The position numbers and the translations under genes are program-made. From Felis catus (Eukaryota): a stretch of 64,000 bases of DNA. Every line of letters begins with the position of its first letter. The first letter of the stretch is position 1. Below are positions 54,305-64,000 of this stretch, in pieces. Below the pieces are notes generated by a model that searched no databases, was not told the origin of the DNA, and saw nothing but the letters and a program-made list of their open reading frames with translations. Location: NCBI RefSeq assembly GCF_018350175.1, contig NC_058383.1:28708001-28772000 (forward strand), in the 5' to 3' direction.

Positions 54305-54515
54305 GTTTTTAAAATTTTAATTCCAGTATAGTTAACATATAGTGTAATATTCGTTTCAGGTGTACAATATAGCCATTCAACACTTCCCTACCCTACGCAG
54401 TGCTCATGACAACAAGGGTACTCCTTAATCCCTAATTCACCTAATTCACCCATCCCCCACCCACCTCCCCTCTGGTAACCATCAGCGTGTTCTTATAGTT
54501 AAGAGTCTGTTTCTT

Positions 54516-54520
<5 letters not shown>
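54305..54520 (-). mobile_element. Carnivore L1 3' terminal fragment
   Basis: ttaattccagtatagttaacatatagtgt...cccacctcccctctggtaaccatcag...gttaagagtctgtttcttgg. Confidence 0.8.
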
Positions 54521-54552
<32 letters not shown>

Positions 54553-54763
54553 CACAAAAGCGTGATTCTAATACTGAAACAACAGAAAGGAGCCTAAAAT
54601 GAAAATGTGGTAAAAACAGCAAGAGTAACCACAGAAAGATCGAGTGTGACCTTGAGGTACGTGAGTATGTGCGTTCATAAACAGGACAGATGTATAAATG
54701 TTCCCTGAACTCAACTCCAGAGCAATGCAACACGTTTTTCAAATATGTATTCTCAGTTAAGAA

Positions 54764-54806
54764 TGAACACATTCAATGAGAATTGAATTCTCATTGAATG
54801 TGTTCA
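54764..54806. repeat. Perfect inverted repeat, 21-bp arms, 1-nt spacer
   Basis: tgaacacattcaatgagaatt-g-aattctcattgaatgtgttca. Confidence 0.97.
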
Positions 54807-56002
54807 GGGAAATCTATTTCAGCCAAGACGGTAGGAAAGAATTTAAATCACAAAAGAAGAAATTAGCAGACTCCAGAGCAAAGGAGCCATGTGATCACTA
54901 GATGGAAAAAGTAGCCTCAGTAACTTGAAGTTGAAGCTCAAGTTTGCCTCCTTGGTATTTGTAAGAGGAAACTTCATACTGCATTTTTTTTTTTCCTACT
55001 TAGGCTCAAAAAGAGTGACTTTTGAGAAGTCAGTTGGGGAAAATTTCAATTCTAAATTTTCGGCTCTTTGAGAGTACGTACGTACATACATAGGAAGTAA
55101 GCCAAACATTTGTCAAGAATTCAGTAACTGACAAGGAACACATATAAACAGACAAGGACAACTTGTATCTCAATCCAAAATAAAGGCATAAATTTCATAT
55201 TTGCGATAAAGATGATTAAGGAAGATTACAGGATGTAAGTCTCATTTCCTTTACATATTTCCCAGAATGTTCGTACCACCGATAACACACAAGAGTCAGA
55301 GTCATTTGCTGTGCTTAACTAAAATTCGTTTGCTTTTTCATATACGTGACATCACATTATACCAAAAATTTAATATATGTATTTTATACATAAAATTTAA
55401 ACTTAAAAACGAAGCAACTCGTGTTGCCCTTACAATACTTCCCACCCCAAATGTGAAAAGAACATCCTGGCTCCATGGCTCAGGGGAATAAGACACTCAC
55501 ACAAGGACTAGAAAATGAACAAATACCCAAAGGGCAATATTCAGCATGGCAGGTGTCTGACCAACTACTTGACCTCAGCATAGAGGCAGAATATCAGACA
55601 CATTGACTGAGTCCTTCACTAAGAAACACCGCCAAACACTGGAAGGGGCTCAGCTCCAAAAGGGGTTGCCGTTTAACCGGAATCCATTCTCAACCCCCAA
55701 CATTCACAGAATTCACAACAGACCTACTCCACCCACTGTCAAGCTAAAAACGAACATACAGTCAGTTCTGCTATTTGGCGATTAGCTGGCTCTCTGGCTG
55801 AACTTGTGTTTTTAGGTCATAGAGATTTGTGGTCCTAATAGAGAGGCTGTGGGATTAGGGGTGGAAGACCACCCTCACGATATGGTTTCAGGGGTCCCGG
55901 AAAGTAATGTTCGGTGTAATTCTGCAACCGTCATGAGCGGGGCAGACAGCCACAATGCAGGAACCACAAACTATGAAATATTAACATATGTAAACAGGGG
56001 TA

Positions 56003-56560
56003 TGTAAACAGGTCAGTATTCTCCAGAGAAACGGAACCAATGGGATGTGCATGAATATATAGAGAGAAAGAGATTGATTATAAGGAATTGGCTCACATGA
56101 TTATGGAAGCAGTTCCCTCTGCCAGGTGAGTTGAAAGCTGGAGATACAGGAGAGCCAATCATTTAGTTCCAATGTGAGTTTGAAAGCCTGGGAACCAGGA
56201 GAGCTAATGGTGTGGCTGTCATCTGAAGGTCAACTGCCTCAAAACCCAGAAAGGGCTGATGTTTCCGTTTGAGTCCAAAGGCAGGAGAAAAAAAAAAACA
56301 GTATCTCAGTTTGAAGGCAGGCAGGTAGGAAGAATTTTTTCTTACTTGGAGAACATCAGCCTTTTTCTTTTAATTGGGCTTTCAACGGATTAGATGAGGC
56401 CCACCCAGATTAGGGAGAGTAATCTGCTTGAACCATTCTAGCTGTTTAAGTACTAATTTCATCTAAAAACACCCTCAGAGAAATGCCCAGAGTAATGTTT
56501 GGCCAAATATCTAGACCTCCCAAGGCTCAGCCAAGTTGACACATAAAATTAGCCATTACA
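56003..56560 (-). mobile_element. ERVL solo LTR (MLT2-like)
   Basis: ttctccagagaaacggaaccaa...tataaggaattggctcacatgattatgga...ccaagttgacacataaaattagccattaca. Confidence 0.85.
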
Positions 56561-56972
56561 AAAGCTTTTCTAGTGATTTGGAGAAAGTCCAACTACAATA
56601 ATTCCGCCTAATTCTCAAGGACAAATAATCCTGCCTTCTAAAGGTGTGATTAAATGGCTTTCTAAGGGATATGTGCAAATTGGGCACGGGGAATCAAAGC
56701 CTACAAGTCACAAGCATCCCTAAGAAACTGAGCCTGGAGCTGGAATAGGTGAAGGTCTGGGCTGTGCTGACCTTAAGACAGGACGGCTGCCTGCATATGG
56801 GGATGAAAATGATAGCAAGATCAGTCCAGATTTCTCAGCACCAATCAAGGGGCAAAAAGCAACAGACAAGAAATCCATAAACTACATGAATTCATTCAGT
56901 GGTGTCAACAGAGTTTCTGCTGTGTGCTGGACACTTCAGATACAAATATAAATAAGAAACATATCCTTCCCC

Positions 56973-57127
56973 GGGGCGCCTGGGTGGCTCAGTCAGTTAA
57001 GCATCTGACTCTTGATTTCAGCTAAGGTCACAATCCCTTGGTTTTGAGTTGGAGCCCCACAGGGGCTCGGTGCTGAATAGCATGGAGCCTGCTTGAGATT
57101 CTCCCTGTTTCTCTGCCCCTCCCCCAC

Positions 57128-57181
<54 letters not shown>

Positions 57182-57221
57182 CCTCTCTCTCTCAAAATGT
57201 ATAAATAAACTTAAAAAAAAA
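56973..57221 (+). mobile_element. CanSINE with expanded (CT)n
   Basis: Full SINE body. Confidence 0.9.
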
Positions 57222-58169
57222 GAAGCATGTTCCTCGCTCCAAAATCTCACCATCTGGTAGGGAGTACAAATATGCAAATAGATAATGACCACCCATTCTG
57301 GAAAGTTTACGGTACATTGTGATGACCTTGGTTCGGCTGGTTTCAAGCCAATGGGAAGTGGACGGCATATCAGAAGACTCCTGCCAAAAATACATCATCT
57401 TCTCTCCACCTCTTTGAACCACAGCGATCATTCCTGAAACTCCATCCAGAGATTTGTGTTAGCAATTAAAAAAAAAATCTCAGCTAGAAAGGCTCTCTTC
57501 CACATCTCAGTAAATTAGTTTAATAAACTCCTTTTCTACATCTACCTGAAATCAGCCACAGGAAGAGAATGGGAGTTTTGAGAGGCAAGGAAAGGAAACA
57601 AGAACTAATTTGGAAGATACAGTATTACAGCCAGAGAGCATGCAGGGAAAGGGCACCTAGATGGAAGAGGGCATCTCTGAAAAGAAAATGGGCAAGGCAA
57701 GGTCTCAATCTTCAGGCACAAGAATCCATTAATTTTCTAATACTTTTAGAACATGAACCCAAGTTCAAATGGAAGCTGCCTCCAGAATGTTTACTCACTT
57801 CAAAATTCTCCTTTATTGCTGATCAGAATGAGGGGGTCTCTGCTACCATCTCTCTAAAGCATGACTGCCGTGCCATTGAACTGCTCCAGCCCCTGATCTC
57901 ATCACAGTTACTCTGTCCTGGAGTGTTTGGGTGGTCATGGATGGGGGGAGGGGGTGAAGGACAGAAGGGGGTTAGGTATGGCCATTCGACAGAGAAAGAA
58001 GAATATATTGGTGAATAAAGATTTAAGGAAAGACAGACTTACAAAAGGGAAGAGAACTAAAAGCAAAGCTTTTAATTGATATATATCCAAAATGTTACTC
58101 AATTATTAATTACTCACTTCTGTTCACTTGGTTGGCTACTGCTCTCAGCTCTTTATGGGTTACCTTTAC

Positions 58170-58358
58170 AAGCAGGGGGAGGGGCAGAGAGAGAGAGAGC
58201 CGGGAGAGACACAGAGACAGAGAGAGAGAGAATCCCAAGCAGGATCCCTGCTGTCACTGCAGAGTCCAACTCGGGGCTCGATCTCATGAACCATGATATC
58301 GTGACTTCAACCAGGATCCAGAGTTGGATGCTTAACCGATTGAGCCACCCAGGCATCC
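58170..58358 (-). mobile_element. CanSINE (tail lost)
   Basis: SINE body. Confidence 0.85.
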
Positions 58359-59549
58359 TTATCTGTTATCTTTAAACTCCAAGTACATACTTGATCCTTA
58401 AACTCTGATTTCCCCTTTCACTCATTGGCCTTTGGCAGTATTAAGAGGAAATATTTCAGTTTTTAAATTGCATTTTTTGTGATTTGGTTCCTTTAGATTC
58501 CAAACATTATGGGTAAAACTAGATTGAATGTAGCCAATTGTAAAGTCTAAATCCTCAGGCACAAAAATCTACTAACTTTCTAATACTTTCAGAAGATGAA
58601 CCTAATTTCTGAATGCAAGCTGCCTCCAGAATATATTGTTAAGTATGTTCTGGATAGAATTTGTTTTGCTACATATTCCGTAAAAATCCACATAAAATTC
58701 CACTGAACTAAAAGTAAATTGCCCACGTAGCAAAAAAGATTTTTTGAAAGCTTCAAACAGATTCTAAAGGGTGACAATCTTTGGAAGAAAAACAGTAAAC
58801 AAATAAAGTATATAACAATGATACGTGAGTTAGAAATTGTAGTTTTAGGTAACATACCTCAACTAAAGAGCCTACCTACGTTTAATTTGGTTGGTTGTGG
58901 TTAATATAGTGATCTGGTGACCTATTTTCATACAACCTCAAATATCAAAGTTCAATCTCTTATCTACAATTTTATTGTAAAAGAAATCAATTTTTCTTCA
59001 AAGAATTAAAAAAAACAGACTTATAATTATTAATAAAGTCCTACAATGTTGAAATGTTTTTCTCTTTGAACTGTATCTCTTAGTGGCTTTAATTCCTTAC
59101 GTTCATGAAACGTTTTTATTCTGGCCCCAAAAGTATCCATACAAATCAGGAAAAGTTTTCCCAAAGCATCCTTCATTTGTATGAACCCCTAAATGCCAAA
59201 TTCACTAGCTATATAGAGTGGACAAATGATCGATTACTTTATCTACCCAATCGCCTTACTGCACAGATTTTGAGGAAAATATTTTCACGTGCTTCTCTCA
59301 AACTTGGTATTAGAAAATGTAAACATATGCAAACTTATACATTGCCTAATTCTCTCTCCCCAAACCATGATATAGATAATAGGGAATCACTTTTATTAAT
59401 TTTCCTACAAATGAAAAATACCAATAAGTTGCAAATCATGCATGATTTTTTACATACAAGTAAGCTAGCTAGAAGCATTTACATTACCCAAAGTTGAGGA
59501 AGGGTCAGTGGACATTTCCCTCTAGGTTAGAACTTAAAGACCTTTTCTT

Positions 59550-59671
59550 GGGGCACCTGGGTGGCTCAGTCGATTGAACATCCAACTCTTGATTTTGGCT
59601 CAAGTCATGATCCCAGGAATGTAGGATCAAGCCCTGCATCCATACTCAATGTGGAGATTTTCACTCTTAAG

Positions 59672-59725
<54 letters not shown>

Positions 59726-59760
59726 TCTGCCCCTCTTCCTCACTCCCATTCTCTCTCTGA
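59550..59760 (+). mobile_element. Older CanSINE with (CT)n
   Basis: SINE head and CT tract. Confidence 0.88.
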
Positions 59761-60597
59761 TAAGATAAGATACTTTTCTTGCTTTGTCTTTTAAGATCTC
59801 ATCTCATCTGATCCCATCCTACAATCATCATCATTCCACGTTGCAGACCTCTAGTCTTGTGACTGTCCATCCTTTGGGACCCAACTTAGGCATCTCCTCC
59901 AGGAAGCCTTCCTAGATTACTCAGGGCACCATGATTTCAAAGTACCTGCTGCTTATACCACTAACCTACGACTGGGTGGTTTTATCTGTGTAAAATCCAA
60001 GCTTTCCATTGACCACTTGTCATAGATGCTGCTCAAGCACTCAATGATGAGTTGGACTAGATGTCCTGAGAAATTGATTATCAATTTTTTTTTTTTTACT
60101 TTTACTCCCAAATAGACCATGATTCTTTCCACACACTTCTCATCATGTTGTTTATCCTCTTTACACCCCCACACTGGCCATTTAATAACATTTGTTGGAT
60201 GTTTACATGAAGGCTAGGATTATGGTTATTTTATCTGTTACTTTATCTGGTGGATAATAAGAATGGTCACATCCATTTGTATGGAAGTAAAGATCGCCCC
60301 TGGATTGGGAAATAATTTCTCTCAGTTATTTGGGTAAGAGGTCTATCTCCGAGACTGGAAATGGGAACCAGTCATCCAATAAGACAGGACTCGAGCACTC
60401 TTGATATTAATGACAGCTCCCTGGTGGTGGTGGTCAATGGTATTATCAAACAGTGACAATCACAGAGTCAGAAAAAAGGAATGCTGGAAGGTACTATTCG
60501 AGGTACAAGGTAACTACCCCAAATGCCTGGACCAAGGACAGGATTTGTGATCTCTGAGTTCAAACTAACTCATGAGACGACCAGAATTTGGTATTCT

Positions 60598-61060
60598 GGG
60601 GGCACCTCAAAGGCTCAGTCAGTTAAGTGTCCAACTCTTGATTTTGGCTCAGGTTATGATCTCATGGGTCATGAGTTTGAGCCCCGCATTGGGCTCTGCA
60701 CTCACAGTGCACAGCCTGCTTGGGATCCCCTCTCTCTGCCCCTCCTCTGCTTGCATTCTTTCTCTGTCTCTCTCAAAAATAAATAAACATGAAAAAAATA
60801 AACAAAGAATTCAGTATTCTGTAAAATTTTTATAAAAAAATGGTTTTGACAGGGGCACCTGGGTGGTCAGTCAGTTAAACATCCGACTTCAGCTCAGGTC
60901 ACGATCTCACGGTTCATGAGTTCCCTCCCCACGTTGGGCTCTGCTCTGACAGCTCAGAGCCTGGAGCCTGCTTCAGATTCTATGTCTCCCTCTCTTGCTG
61001 CCCCTCCCTCACTTGTGCTCTCTCTCTCTCAAAAACAAAATAAAACAAACATTAAAAAAA
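60598..61060 (+). mobile_element. Two CanSINEs (60598-60803, 60852-61060)
   Basis: SINE bodies; first has TSD agaatt(tg/ca)gtattctg. Confidence 0.9.
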
Positions 61061-61396
61061 TGATAATGTGCCATGTCATATACCCCTCTGCATCTTTCTT
61101 TTAAAAAAATGCTTTTGACATTTTTCAAATTCCCCTTTCAAATTTCCCTTTTGTTTTCCACACGCATTAAGTAAAGTTAGTTGTCTTTGAAAATCTGGTC
61201 TGTCTCATGTCTGTTCATGGAAACGAATTATAGGCTTTGCCTTTGCCTGAGCAAGCACGGGGCCAGAAGAACACGGTGGGCAACACACAAGGGCGTTAAA
61301 GAAACCTTACAGAATGGGAAAATCAGGAGGAACAGTGGGGGCCACCTGTTAAATTCCAAACCTGGGGAGGTTTAGGGTTTACCAAGAGTGGCAGCA

Positions 61397-61608
61397 TTTT
61401 ATTTATTTTTATAAATGTTTATTTATCTATTTTTGAGAGAAGGAGGGATGGGGAGGGGCAGAGAGAGAGGGAGCAAGAGAATACCAACCAAGCTCCATGC
61501 TGTCAGTGCAGAGCCCGATGCGGGGCTCGAACTCGGGAACCATGAGATCCTGACCTGAGCCAAAATCAAGAGTTGGACACTTAAGGGACTGAGCCACCAG
61601 GGTGCCCC
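61397..61608 (-). mobile_element. CanSINE
   Basis: TSD gcagcatttt. Confidence 0.9.
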
Positions 61609-61633
61609 AGCAGCATTTTAAAACAGACAAACA

Positions 61634-61849
61634 GGGGCGCCTGGGTGGCGCAGTCGATTGAGCGTCCGACTTCAGCCAGGTCACGATCTCGCGGTCCGGG
61701 AGTTCGAGCCCCGCGTCGGGCTCTGGGCTGATGGCTCAGAGCCTGGAGCCTGTTTCCGATTCTGTGTCTCCCTCTCTCTCTGCCCCTCCCCCGTTCATGC
61801 TCTGTCTCTCTCTGTCCCAAAAATAAATAAACGTTGAAAAAAAAAAAAA
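61634..61849 (+). mobile_element. Young felid SINE
   Basis: TSD aaaacagacaaaca; CpGs retained; pure A tail. Confidence 0.95.
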
Positions 61850-62082
61850 AACAGACAAACATTGCATTACTTGGAGTAACTTTCATTTCTCACAATAAAA
61901 CATGAAAGTACTATTGCATAAAAATCAGAAGTGTATCGCTTGCAAAAACTCAGAGCATGCATGCCATATGTTCTCTACCGCACAGGGCAGCACTTGACTG
62001 AGTAAAGATGATCACACTCATTTATGAATAATAAGCTCTTCCCCCTTGACGGTATAAACAAGGTCTGTGTTCCAATTACTTC

Positions 62083-62299
62083 TTTTTAAAAATCTTTTTA
62101 AATATTTATTTTTGGGAGAGCGAGAGACAGGGCACAAGTGGGGGAGGGGCGGAGAGAGAGGGAGACACAGTATCTGAAGCAGGCTTTGGGCTCCGAGCCA
62201 TCAGCACAGAGCCCAATGCAGGGCTCGAACCCACGAGCTGCGAGATCATGACCTGAGCCGAAGTCAGACGCTTAACCGATTGGGCCACCCAGGCGCCCC
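62083..62299 (-). mobile_element. CanSINE
   Basis: TSD tgtgttcc(c)aattacttct. Confidence 0.92.
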
Positions 62300-63067
62300 T
62301 GTGTTCCCAATTACTTCTATACAAAATGCAATTATTCCATCAAAAAAGTAATGCTGAAGCTTGTCTAAAAGATTGCCAGGCAGTACTTTATCATAGTTAC
62401 TCTAGATACACTTTTTCAATGACAAAATCTGTCTTATATATTATGAAATAGCTGTTGTATTAACTACTTTCAAAATAATCCTAGTACTGTAACAAATTTT
62501 AGAATTAAGCTATCTAGAAATGTTCTCACCATTCTCCCAATAATGTAAAATATATTAATACCTAGTAAATTCAAATAAATCATAGACATGATATAGTTAG
62601 GACTTAAACGCATTTATATTACAAATTATATGAATTATATGCTTAAAATTCTTAAGTGCATATTCCTTAATTAATCTTAAATACAAATTCTCAAGATAAA
62701 TGCATGAACGCTTCAGCTCTTCCCATGTTAAAACTTGTGAAATGCTCATGAAAACTCGTGAAAAACAGCATTGGGGTGCAATTTTTAGGTGAAGTTTGCT
62801 GAACCTTCCTGAGATATCCACAGCATTTTTAGACCCACTGGTTTTGAGGTTAGACAAACAGTAAATCAGAAAGTCTAGATCAGGTATCTCACACCTGCCT
62901 CAAAGACTGCCCATAAAGATTTATTTGAAAACGCTGATTTTTAAAAATATAACATCGCTGTGAAATTTGGGGTAACTGTTTTCCTTGGAAACCTATGAAA
63001 TAGAGTTTTCCTTCCAGAGGAAGAAAATTTGTTCATTGTCTTAGAAAAGAAACTTCACTCAATATAT

Positions 63068-63282
63068 TTTTTTAAATTTTTAAAAATGTTTGTTTTATTT
63101 TTGAGAGAGACAGAGCATGAGGGGGAGAGGCAAAGAGAGAGGGAGACACAGAATCCAAAGCAGGCTCCAGGCTCTGAGCTGTCAGCACAGACCCCGACGT
63201 GGGGCCTGAACCCATAAACCACGAGACCATGACCTGAGCCGAAGTCATCCATCACTTAACCAACTGAGCCACCAAGGCGCCC
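63068..63282 (-). mobile_element. CanSINE
   Basis: TSD ctcaatatattt. Confidence 0.92.
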
Positions 63283-63428
63283 CTCAATATATTTCTTTAA
63301 GAAGCCAGATGTTGTGTATATTTCCTAAGTCTGGAATACAGATATGGGATACTTCGGTCAGCTGAATTTACTCAAAACTAGAACACATGAACTAAAAAGT
63401 ACTTAACTTCAAAATTACAATAGTTGTA

Positions 63429-63630
63429 TGGGGCGCCTCGGTGGGTCAGTCGGCTAAGTTTCCCACCTCAGCTTAGGTCACGATCTCACGGTTCGTGGGT
63501 TTGGGCCCTGCATCAGGCACTGTGCTGACAGCTCGGAGCCTGGAGCCTGCTTCAGATTCTGTGTCTCCCTATCTCTCTGCCCCTCCCCTACTCATGCTCT
63601 CTCTCAAAAATAAACAAACGTTAAAAAAAA
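63429..63630 (+). mobile_element. CanSINE
   Basis: TSD ttcaaaattacaatagt. Confidence 0.92.
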
Positions 63631-64000
63631 ATTTTCAAAATTACAATAGTAGAAGACATCCATGAAATACATTTCTATACAGGACACACCAATCACATAC
63701 TATTTTTTTTTTTTGATGGCATAAAATGTTCTTACAGAACTTAGCATCAGGAGAACAAGAAATTATTCTATAAAGTATTTCCAGAAAAAAAAATCCAGTT
63801 ATTCAATCTTCTCCTTGATTGAGCTCTATGTAAACACCAATTTACTTATATAAGGAATATTTTTGGTATAAAAGTTCAACAGATGCAAAGTGTTTAGGAG
63901 ACAACCTGAGATTTTAGAAGCAAAATGGGTTCTTTAAATCAACTGGCATTAAAATATTAGAATCGAAATAGTAATAATTGCAAAATGCCATGATGGCACA

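Noticed and set aside
57569..59497. 149-aa and 130-aa plus-strand ORFs
   Set aside because: No recognisable domain or splice structure; lengths are compatible with chance.
53400..64000. MPV17L coding exons
   Set aside because: Searched by eye for the recalled last-exon peptide (LTNFSLVP...FSQQSGDGT) on the minus strand and did not find it.

Overview
This is mammalian genomic DNA, almost certainly felid (cat-like), judged from dense tRNA-derived carnivore SINEs and felid-type L1 3' ends. I recognise one host gene. The first coding exon of BMERB1 (C16orf45) lies on the minus strand at 25078-25183 inside a CpG-island promoter, so bases 1-25077 are its first intron. The rest is upstream sequence dominated by transposable elements: about 40 SINEs, a full-length but decayed 7.2 kb L1 (32.1-39.3 kb), two young 5'-truncated L1s with perfect TSDs, older L1/L2/MIR fragments, MaLR/ERV solo LTRs and hAT MITEs. 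Nearly all ORFs in the supplied track are repeat-derived noise. I see no prokaryote-type system. The most interesting leads are: (1) an antisense promoter-like motif cassette plus a 166-codon ORF0-like ORF in the L1 5'UTR; (2) a Met-Glu-stop uORF that copies the BMERB1 start; (3) a candidate in-frame cassette exon; (4) a perfect 43-bp palindrome. Repeat family names come from recalled consensus sequences, not a database search, and repeat boundaries are approximate.
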